NCBI RefSeq assembly: GCF_006345805.1
Contig: NW_021832360.1
Location: 1-30,476 of the forward strand
Source: Octopus sinensis
Lineage: Eukaryota
Length of the DNA: 30,476 nt
Direction: 5' to 3'
Numbering within the stretch: position 1 is the first letter of the stretch; the number at the start of each line of letters is the position of its first letter. The notes under the pieces are model-generated. The model was not told the origin of the DNA. It saw only the letters and a list, made by a program, of their open reading frames with translations, and did not search any database. Both the position numbers and the translations under genes were made by a program. This document shows positions 10,330 through 20,252 of this stretch, piece after piece.

Positions 10330-10620
10330 TGTGTCCCCTGAAGAATAAAGGCCAAGTTCAGCAAAAGTAATGCAAAGATAAATTCACTAAGCTAAGCAAC
10401 GTTACTTCATCCTCATTACTCACCAGGCGTTGCTGCATCAGATTTTCACATATTCAGGACTCTTGATTAACTTTCCTGGTCAAAATTATTCAGAAGCAGA
10501 GACGATTTCGAAACCGCCTTCCAAACATTTTCCTCTTAAACCACTTGCTTTTTTGTCTGTAGAATCCGAAAACATGTTTTGAGAATCAAAAGGATTGTTA
10601 TTAACTTTGAAAGTATAAAT
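10330..10620 (+). pseudogene. mariner (DD34D-type) transposase C-terminal remnant
   Basis: Translation ...RPSSAKVMQ...LLHPHYSPGVAASDFHIFRTL... matches the mariner pattern HDNARPH...LPHPPYSPDLAPSDYHLFRSL. Contains stops and frameshifts. Confidence 0.65.
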
Positions 10621-11258
10621 GTATTTACGAAATTCTTTAGGCTACTTTGAACGCATTACATGAAATTCGACATTACTTTTCGATACCCCGAATAATTCAG
10701 CTGTTTAGATCTATTTATGTCTTCTAAATCACATCGTCTTCAAGGAAAAGCGAACATTTTAAGACTTTTTGGCAGCTGAAAAGTAAATGGTACATCAGCT
10801 CTGAAAAGGAGAACAATTCTCATCGAAAGAATTCTGTAAGACGATTTCCATCGCACGCCTGTAGAAAGAATTATCATCTCTCTAACTACGTTAGGAAGGA
10901 CGCATTAAACAGTGATGTCCAAGAGAAAGTCGATTGGATGGTCACAATTAGAAGGTCACCGATGATATGCTTAATACCTTAATACACCAGATGATACATT
11001 TTATTATACAACAGCAACAATAAAATTACTAAAAATAATGAATTGTACGGTCTACTAGAAACAGAGCCAATTTCACGATTCCGTTTGTACTGTCTTAAAA
11101 GGAAAGAATAATTTTAGAATATAATGATTGGTATACAAAATGCGCGGATGGGTAATATGGGATGGTCTTTGTTCGTGTTTCTCTTCTATCAAATTTGAGT
11201 TGGATCAATGCTACAACAACAACAACAACAACTAAAGGGAGTTCTTCTATACAAATTT

Positions 11259-11483
11259 AATACTAAGGATTAGAATACTATTAAGAAAGAAGTCAGATAG
11301 ATCGCAAAAAAATAAAAAATATTTTAATCGATTGAAAAACCGATAAGAGTAAAGTAATATAATTTAATGAAGAACGGATTCTTCAATTAAAATTAAGCTT
11401 TAACAAAACTAATTAGTTTAATATATCGCATGAAAGATGAATACGTCCCAGATTATATCTGGAGAACAAAACGGAGCAAATTA
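11259..11483 (+). repeat. copy 2 of the unclassified ~220-bp dispersed direct repeat
   Basis: See 8895-9114. Confidence 0.85.
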
Positions 11484-11721
11484 AAAGAGAGACAGGGGCG
11501 GAGAGAGAGGAGGAGAGGGAGAGGAGGAGAGAGAGAATGGAGGAAAAGAAAAGTACAAAGAAAGTGAGAAAACAATGGAACAAAATGAACTGTTAGAGAT
11601 TTATAATTTAATGAACAGGCCAATTATTAAGTTAGTCGAGCAATTAGCATAATTAAGTAACATAAAGTGGAAAATAATAAAAACGGATGTTTTTGTTTCG
11701 GTTTGTTTTTGTTATTTTCAG

Positions 11722-11752
11722 TGCGGAGGACGGCCGAGAGGGTATTAAAATG
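11722..11752 (+). other. candidate 31-nt exon ending in ATG
   Basis: Long U-rich tract TTTTTGTTTCGGTTTGTTTTTGTTATTTTCAG, then TGCGGAGGACGGCCGAGAGGGTATTAAAATG, then GTGAGT. Supported by splice signals only. Confidence 0.35.
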
Positions 11753-12053
11753 GTGAGTGCTTGTATGTGCTATTTTGTTGTCGAATTTAGAAATAGATGT
11801 GAGGCTTCAGATATAATAATAACCTGCATGGAATAGGGTCTGTGTGTCTTCAAATTAGACTTGATTCCAAAATGAATGAAATTCTATTAACAGAAATCGG
11901 AGCACGGGAACCTCGAGATTTCAGATGATAAAACAAATAAAGTTTACTTTTGTAAAGAGAAAGTAAAAGAAGTGTCCACAAAGGAAAATGGTTTTTCTTC
12001 GGCATGTACGTATATTTATAGATGTATATGCATATAGATACATATATAAATGT

Positions 12054-12113
12054 TTACCAGCCATATGGTTACCAGCCATATGCTTGCCAGCCATATGCTT
12101 ACCAGCCATATGG
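12054..12113 (+). repeat. 4 x 15-bp tandem repeat TT(A/G)CCAGCCATATG(G/C)
   Basis: Four units counted directly. The unit equals the SINE-B head segment TTACCAACCACATGG with two substitutions. Confidence 0.95.
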
Positions 12114-12232
12114 TTGCGGTTTCAGACCTACTACGTAGCACCTTGGGTAAGTGTCTTCCACTATAGCATCGGGCTTACCTAAACATTGTGAGTGGATTTG
12201 GTAGAGGGAAACTGAAAGAAGCTCGTCGTATA
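12054..12232 (+). mobile_element. SINE family B 5' half, lacking the A box
   Basis: GCACCTTGGGTAAGTGTCTTCCACTATAGC...TGTGAGTGGATTTGGTAGAGGGAAACTGAAAGAAGC. Confidence 0.8.
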
Positions 12233-12246
12233 CACGCGCGCACACA

Positions 12247-12282
<36 letters not shown>

Positions 12283-12370
12283 TGAGAATTTGAAAAAAAA
12301 AACAAATGAAGAAGACGGATGTGTAAACAACAAACAGATTATTAGTTTAACGCTCGGAAAGTGAGAAAGT

Positions 12371-12406
12371 CTTTTACGTTTCGAGCCGACGCTCTTCGAC
12401 AGAAAG
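12371..12406 (-). ncRNA. minimal dimer-type hammerhead-ribozyme-like motif with variant core
   Basis: Minus strand: CTTT-CTGTCGA-A-GAGC GTCG GCTC-GAAA-CG-TA-AAAG. It has a 4-bp stem I, a 4-bp stem II, a CG palindromic stem III and a GUA triplet. Core A6 is replaced by U. Confidence 0.5.
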
Positions 12407-12662
12407 GAATAAGAGAAAATGAACAGAAAGGCCAAATAGAAAATAGAAAATATGTTTATGTCTCTGTTTCTCCCCCATCATCAACCTTGTTTTTTTTATC
12501 TCATTACGAAATAAAATTTTTACATCCACACGCTGACGTATGAACGTTGGACCCCTTATTCGTATAATCACCGAACCTGGAACTTAAGTGCGGTCCATCT
12601 ATAGCACTTATTCAGCATTAACTGACACCTTTGGGTCTCTATCACAACATTACCTCTCATAA

Positions 12663-12664
<2 letters not shown>

Positions 12665-12760
<96 letters not shown>

Positions 12761-12790
12761 CATATAAAAATATATAAAGACAGAGAGAGA
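12665..12790. repeat. (TC)n-(TA)n microsatellite
   Basis: Direct reading. Confidence 0.95.
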
Positions 12791-12960
12791 TACTCACACA
12801 CGAAGGCAATATATGGATAATGAAATATGCGTTTACATAGAGAGGTTGCGATACAAGTACTTACAGAAGCATATGTTCCTCTGAGAATATTTATATAGAC
12901 GAGTATGAGCGTGTGTTAATGTACACAGAATGGGAAGACAAAGAGGCAAGTTAGTAACTT

Positions 12961-12964
12961 ATAT

Positions 12965-13029
<65 letters not shown>

Positions 13030-13050
13030 AGATAGATAGATAGATAGATA
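12961..13050. repeat. (GATA)n tetranucleotide microsatellite
   Basis: Direct reading. Confidence 0.95.
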
Positions 13051-13321
13051 AGCATTAATGTATTTATGTATCTTGATAAATATCCCTTAGTTTGTACTCG
13101 AATTTTATTCTACAGTTGCAATATACGTAACCATAACTTTGTACATTCGTTGCTCATTATATTTGACAGCATCGTAATACATCTTATAGCTTATCAGGAA
13201 TTCAATATGAATTCCTGCATATTTAAATGGAGTAGAATCTAATTCTATACAAGAAAGGCATTGTCTTGTTTTGATGTTTCCTGGAATTCGGTTCGTTATT
13301 AGTGGAGTAAGTATACCTTTA

Positions 13322-13409
13322 ATACATACATACATATATGTCTATATCTTCATGTATGTATATATATATATATATCTTTATATATATATAATACATATAT
13401 ATATATATA

Positions 13410-13440
<31 letters not shown>

Positions 13441-13464
13441 TACACATATACATATATATGTGTT

Positions 13465-13504
<40 letters not shown>

Positions 13505-13550
13505 TTATACATATGTATATATATATACATATATATATTATATACAAATA

Positions 13551-13583
<33 letters not shown>

Positions 13584-13705
13584 AATTCATATGCATGCAT
13601 ACATATATGTACCAATATTTATGCATCTATGTATATGTATATATATATATATATATATATCATATATATATAATATATATGTATGTATATATTATATATA
13701 TATAG

Positions 13706-13775
<70 letters not shown>

Positions 13776-13850
13776 ATTTATGTGAGGGGGTTATGAAAAT
13801 ATGGATGAGATAGCAAGAGAGTGAGAAAGGCGGGTGTGTATATATGTGAG

Positions 13851-13888
<38 letters not shown>

Positions 13889-13890
13889 TG
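13322..13890. repeat. compound (TA)n and (TG)n microsatellite field
   Basis: Direct reading. Confidence 0.9.
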
Positions 13891-14139
13891 TGCGACACTG
13901 TGAATGTGGGTCCGTGTGTATTAGCATATTGATGTATGTCTTAACCTACTCCATCCGAAGTGAGTCATTATTTAGTGAAGTTAATAGCGAGGTCCCTTTG
14001 GCCGACAGCCGTTTCCATAAACAATGGCAGCGTCTTCTGCTTCTCTGTTTCTACATACATTCACAAGCATAGAATCATACACATTCACACACACACACAC
14101 TGACACATACACAAATACAGGGACACACAAACAGAAAAG

Positions 14140-14716
14140 TATAGGTATGTATAATTATATATATCCATCATATATAAGAGTATATATATATATATATTAT
14201 ATATATATATATATTTGTATATATATATATATGTATATATATATATGTATATACATATACATACCTATATATAAATATATATATATATATAGAAAGAGGG
14301 AGTGAGACAGAGACAGAGATAAACGCATTAACAGCTACGGTTGTATATAATAAATATGTATGGTATATATATGTATGTATATACCTACGTATATATATAT
14401 ACGTGTGCGTGTGTCTATGTATATATACACACTTACATATATCTTCATATATGTATATGAATATATATATACATATATATATACACATATACATACATAT
14501 ATATATATACATTTATATATGTATCTATATGCAAATACATCTATAAATATACGTACATACACACATACATCACACTTATATATATATATATATATATAAC
14601 ATATTATATATATGTATTTATATACATACACACATATATACACTCACACACACACATACACACACACAAACACACACATAAACACACATACATATACATA
14701 TATATATATATATATC
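14140..14716. repeat. compound (TA)n/(CA)n microsatellite field
   Basis: Direct reading. Contains the 50-bp arm at 14509-14558 that is inverted relative to 12004-12053. Confidence 0.9.
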
Positions 14717-15005
14717 CCACTTCGAATCTCCTTGCAGGTAACATAATTGATCCAAACGAGAGCAGTACAGTACAGTACAGTACAGAATCGCTTAAACAGG
14801 TCGAAAGGCATTGCTATACAAATTGTGTATCATGATAATTGCTTCCGAACCGCAACAAAGCGCAGTACAGGAAGTGTTTAATATACAAATACCCATTCAA
14901 TGCTATACTGAATGTTAGATAATGTGACAAATGCTTCAACACTCTCCGACATCCCTCCCGTTATAATTTGTGTGTGTCAGTTTGTCCTTTTGTCTATATA
15001 GGCGC

Positions 15006-15079
<74 letters not shown>

Positions 15080-15289
15080 CTCCGTGTTTCTCTCTCTCTA
15101 TGTACGTCTGTGTACTGTTCTCACCGCATGCAAGCCGCAAGCAATTGCATAAGCAGGTACATTATTTATTGATACGCACCTTACGTTCTGGGTTATCTAT
15201 AATTCAATTCGGCAGTTCATTATTCTGCTTTGCAACCGAAATGCTGATTGCAGCACATAATTCGTAATGCCAATGGTTTGCGATTGCAC

Positions 15290-15396
15290 AAAGACACGCG
15301 CACATGCACACACAAGCATACACACGTACGCGCACGCACGCACAAACATTCACACACACACCATTGCCCACATGCGAACACAACGCACACATACTC

Positions 15397-15476
<80 letters not shown>

Positions 15477-15767
15477 CATATATAAATACATACATATATA
15501 TATGCATACACACATATGCATTTGTATATATATATATATACGATATATATATATATATAATATATATTATATATATGCATACATAAATAATATATATATA
15601 CATTATACATATATATGTATGTATGTATGTACATATATACGCACATACATATGCATATAAAATGCGGCAGTTATAATGTACTCAACTAATACAATTGAAA
15701 TTCAACGGTGACCAGCAAAAACAAATATACGAATATGTACATATATATATAATATATATATATATAT

Positions 15768-15798
<31 letters not shown>

Positions 15799-15845
15799 AT
15801 ATATGAGTATATATATATAATATATATATATATATTATATATAAA
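15290..15845. repeat. compound (CA)n/(TA)n microsatellite field
   Basis: Direct reading, with a short unique interruption at about 15660-15725. Confidence 0.9.
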
Positions 15846-16065
15846 TTTTGGTGGCAAAATTTGGTACAAGGCCAAAAATATCAGGAGAGCAGATAAGTCG
15901 ATTAAATTGACCACCATCGTTCAACTGGTACTTATTATTATCGACCCCAAAAGGATGAAAGGTAAATCATCCTCGGTAGAATTGGTACTCAATACATGAA
16001 GACGGACGAATTGCCGCCAAGCACTATCGTCCGGCATGCTCACCACTGTGCCAGCTTGCTGCTTT
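15845..16065 (-). mobile_element. divergent SINE family A variant with alternative tail
   Basis: AAGTCGATTA...AACTGGTACTTATT.TTATCGACCCCAAAAGGATGAAAGG...CCGGCATGCT...GCCAGCT. Confidence 0.75.
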
Positions 16066-16192
16066 AAAGGTATTATTTGTATCGATTTCAAATTTTGGCG
16101 GAATGCAAGAGAGTTCGCCTTCAGTACTCAAATAGTCGTCATTTTATCGATCTCTAAAGGGGTCGATAAAATAATTACTGTTTGTGTATATT

Positions 16193-16335
16193 GAGGCGGT
16201 CAGCGGTTAGAATCGTTAGCGAGCTTTGCAAAATGTTTATCGCCATTTCATTCGTGTTTACGTTCTGCGTTCAAATTCCACTGAGGTCGACTGTACATTT
16301 CATCCTATCGGGGTCGATAAAGTAGCAATCGAGCA
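16193..16335 (+). mobile_element. divergent SINE family A, 5' two-thirds
   Basis: GAGGCGGTCAGCGGTTAGAATCGTTAGC...TACGTTCTGCGTTCAAATTCCACTGAGGTCGAC...TTTCATCCTATCGGGGTCGATAAA. Confidence 0.8.
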
Positions 16336-16405
16336 TTGCATTTACTTCAATTAACATATCTATTTCATAGAAATTGCTGTCCTTTGACAGAATATGTTAC
16401 AAACC

Positions 16406-16795
16406 GTAGGAGTGGCTGTGTGGTAAGTAGCTTGTTTACCAACCACATGGTTCAGGGTTCATTCCCACTGCGTGGCACCTTGGGCAAGTGTCTTCTACTA
16501 TAGCCTCGGGCCGACCAAAGCCGTGTGAGTGGATTTGGTAGACGGAAACTGAAAGAAGCCCGTCGTATATATGTATATATATGCATGTGTGTGTTTTTGT
16601 GTCTGCGTTTGTCCTCCCAACATCGCTTGGCAACCGATGCTGGTGTGTTTACGTCCCCGTCACTTAGCGGTTCGGCAAAAGAAACCGATAGAATAAGTAC
16701 TCGGCTTACAAAGAATAAATCCTAGGGTCGATTTGCTGGACTAAAGGCGATGCTCCAGCATGGCCACAGTCAAAAGACTGAAACAAGTAAATGAG
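16406..16795 (+). mobile_element. full-length SINE family B (~390 bp)
   Basis: A-box-like TGGCTGTGTGG, B-box-like GGTTCATTCC, CCTTGGGCAAGTGTC core, internal TA/TG microsatellite, and tail GACTGAAACAAGTAAA. Confidence 0.92.
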
Positions 16796-18110
16796 TATAT
16801 ACGGTTATATTCTTAAATACGAACGTCCAGAAATATTTATTAAGTGAAATATGCGTTTTATGGCATAAAAATCCTCGCAGAGGCTCAAACAAACGCACAT
16901 GTACCATATATGGTGACGACGATAGCTTTGATAAATCGAAGTTGTACATTTTGTTCGTGTTTTCATTGCTGTTGTTGCTGTTGATGTTATGTTGTTGCTT
17001 AGCAACAAGTTATGTCTAACTTTGATGGAGTAGAAAGTTTTATCATAAAATCCCAGGCTATGAAAATTCTGTTTTGTTTCCAACATATAGTTATTAAATT
17101 ATCTACTATATTCTCTTCAGTATGTCTGACATCGTTGCATTAGACCTTGTATAAAAACTATCGATATGAGGGAGATTTGGCTGCTATTACTAACATCTAA
17201 TGCAGCCAGATATTTATTCATATAAACAAGAATATAACTTCTCGTCAACAAGAAATTCTATTCGTGCTCAGAAGTGATAAAAATTGCTGCACGAAGAAAA
17301 CTTAAATGTATGGAACGAAAGCAAGGAGATGATTAAAAATGAACACTGGTGTTTTGTAGGAAATGCGTCGGTGCACGACCGAGAGTCTGGCCGAATTTTT
17401 TGAAAAGAAAAGAAGCAAACTTGAGTAGAGGTTTAATCTCAAAATTGCCACATATGCTTAGGTATATACGCACACAGAAAAGTTACACACACAGGCACAC
17501 ACAGACACAACAAAACACACTTGTTCGCGCATGCACACACTGACATGTATTTGTTAGTGGCGACGGAAGGAGTATTGGTTAGAATTAGCAACCTGTATAT
17601 CTTGCTTAATGTGTATATACGGCAGAAATCTACAATACTCTGCAAAACACTTCCAGTAGTAGTGGGGGAATGGCGAAATTATGAGTTCTGTGTCCATGCT
17701 CATCATCAGTATGAAAATATCCAACATAACCAGAGGTTTAGTAAAATTTAGAGATGGACAGTGGCAAATAAACCCTTGGCGTGAAAATGAGAAAGGGTGA
17801 GAGGAATAAAAATACGTTATTATAAATGGAAATAGTACTGGTGGCGAACGGCCTTCTACATCCGTGATGTAACTTGGATATCATGTAAAAAGCCACAACA
17901 CTGCAACACTGACCTTGAGAAAGGTTCTCAGATAGACGAATAATGCTTGAAAACATACAAATGTTTCAGATATAAATAATATATGTGTGTGTGTGTGCGT
18001 GTGTGTGGGTGCAGTTATTCAGTTTATTGCCAATAGAGAGAGAACCGATTTCTAACCTAGATCCAAGTTTCCTTCATTGGGATTTCAACACCAACATCAG
18101 GGTATTTTTA

Positions 18111-18418
18111 TGTTAAGTTAAATTAAGTTAATATTTTTGGCTCAAAAAGCTAAAAGCAAGGACATGTAGGGGGACATGGAGTTATGTACAGGGGTGTTCA
18201 GGTCATTTCTGGTCAAGAGAGACTTTGAACCGAGCGGTCGTCGGCATCTTCACTATCTTGTCCGGTAGCCTATTCCACGGATCCGCAACCCGGACGAAGA
18301 AGGCCCCTCTCCTTCGATTGAGATGAAATCGTCGCAGATAGTGCTTTTCGGAGTGACCCCGAAGCCGACGCTCTGGAGCAGGTGTGAAGAACAGCTCTTT
18401 CGAGAGGTTACACTTTCC
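18111..18418 (-). mobile_element. 3' end of a CR1/L2-group LINE (ORF2 C-terminus plus 3' UTR)
   Basis: GKCNLSKELFFTPAPERRLRGHSEKHYLRRFHLNRRRGAFFVRVADPWNRLPDKIVKMPTTARFKVSLDQK* matches the CR1 terminal pattern RGH..K.....FF..RV...WN.LP..VV......FK..LD. Short AACTTAA repeats lie at the 3' end. Confidence 0.88.
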
Positions 18419-18614
18419 ATGTTCATGTATGTCTGTCTGTTTGTCTGTATGTATGTATGTATGCATTTACAGATCTGTATGTTTTATGTATATATTCTCG
18501 TGCATACACTTACATATCTAGACATACTCATACATATTTAAATTATAAACCTCTGGAAAGTGTTACAGACTTCTTTGAGACTTTTACAGTGATATCTTAC
18601 AGTGGCTGTTTTAA

Positions 18615-19147
18615 GTAACTGTTTTCTGATTGCAGCACTCCCGTGAAATCCGGCTTTGTGAGGCTCCCGGAGAACAGTTCTTGTGGAAACTGGGTTCTCG
18701 AGGTGGTCATTAAGCTCTGCAGAAATTAGGGGAGCTGTACTTTTGTGATCCTTTCTAACAATTCGCATAAGAGTCCGACGGTCCCTTTTGGATTTCTTCC
18801 GGAGTTTTGTTTCGACAAGAAGGTTTTTCCCTCTTTCTCAAAGGCCGTCATTACTTTTGATACACGAGGCATTTCGGCTGTTTTTGTTACGCAAGCGCCT
18901 GCCATACGAGCACCAACAATTTAACGTCTTTGAAAGTCCAATAAATCTGTCATTTTAATGAATTTCAATTACCTTTTTCTGATGATATCTGAAGAGAAAT
19001 ATCAATTTTAGCAAAACGTATTAACCAACACTAATGATAAATAAAAAGACATAAAAATAAACAAGCTTTTGACGGTTTTATAGACATTTCAAAATGATGA
19101 TGTTATGATACTAGATAATTGTTTCCATTATAAAAGTCCAACTCCTG
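18615..19147 (-). mobile_element. Tc1-family transposon 5' fragment: left TIR plus pseudogenised transposase DNA-binding domain
   Basis: TA|CAGGAGTTGGAC terminus at 19147. From the ATG at 18953: MTDLLDFQRR*IVGARMAGACVTKTAEM..VSKVMTAFEKEGKT...NSGR, frameshift, DRRTLMRIVRKDHKSTAPLISAELNDHLENPVSTRTVLREPHKAGFHGSAAIRK, typical of Tc1 paired-like and Tc3_2 HTH regions. No DDE domain or right TIR seen. Confidence 0.88.
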
Positions 19148-19829
19148 TATATATACATATATATATATACCTTTATATATATATATGTATATATATGCAT
19201 TTCTCCAATACCAATATTCGATACCAATAACGACTGAGACATCACATTAAAAACTGAAAATACGTCACTTTATTATCAATGTGCCTTGAGATATATGCTA
19301 TATGTTCAGTTGCTCAACTTATTTTTGTTAATCTGACGCCAGAATTACCATAAACCGGCGTCTGACTGGTTTCAAATTGCATCTCAATCTAACAACGTTG
19401 TTTGTCACCAAATGCAATATAAATTAAAGGAAAAATAATTGAACGAGCGCAACCTGTTATCAATAACTACCTGTACGAATGTCGCCTCCGCACATCGTCT
19501 GTCTTCCATATTGGTTGTCGATATTTTGTAAAATGATATTAAAAACCTTTCCTTGATAACGTAAAAGGAAAACCCATACCACTAGGTTTATACATAAAAT
19601 GAGATCTCCTTTTCATAAAGACGATGATGTCTTATTTCCGTCACTGTAAATAGAGTTCGGAATGCTAATCGCTGCAGAGGTCTACGAATTGTATCGTACT
19701 TTACGGTGACCGAGGTATGCAGTGGTTTATCGCAGGAGAAAATAATTTTGTAATTAGAAAATGATTTCAAATAGCAAAATCAAAGTTTGTAGCGTGATGT
19801 ACAAATATGGGAAGCTGTAGGTAAGCCAA

Positions 19830-19983
19830 CCAGAGAGATAGATAGATAGATAAATAGATAGACAGATAGATATTTATAGATATGTATAAACGCAGGCATA
19901 TATGTACATAAATACACTGCCACATACACACGTATACACAAACATAACATATATACACACGCACACACACACACGCATATATA

Positions 19984-20018
<35 letters not shown>

Positions 20019-20042
20019 GATATATAACATATATATTATAAA

Positions 20043-20101
<59 letters not shown>

Positions 20102-20105
20102 TAGA
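19830..20105. repeat. (GATA)n/(CA)n/(TA)n compound microsatellite
   Basis: Direct reading. Confidence 0.9.
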
Positions 20106-20252
20106 GTGTATCCGTGTGTGCGCACGTATTTGTGTTATAGAAACTGGGAATGATGTGACTTTTGTAAATTAAGTGTTTTAATGATTTATGTGTACACGCC
20201 CATAAATGTACACCTATTTATTTATATATGGGTATATATAATACATTATAGT

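Noticed and set aside
12054-12113. CRISPR-like array interpretation of the 15-bp repeats or of the 184-bp SINE dimer
   Set aside because: There are no unique spacers and no cas genes, and the context is eukaryotic.
13187-13197. TAGCTTATCAG, identical to the first 11 nt of vertebrate miR-21
   Set aside because: The match stops at 11 nt, there is no pre-miRNA hairpin with this arm, and a match this short is expected by chance.
14725-14750. CTCCTTGCAG|GTAACA recursive-splice-like AG/GT site
   Set aside because: The polypyrimidine tract is short and the donor imperfect; indistinguishable from chance without RNA data.
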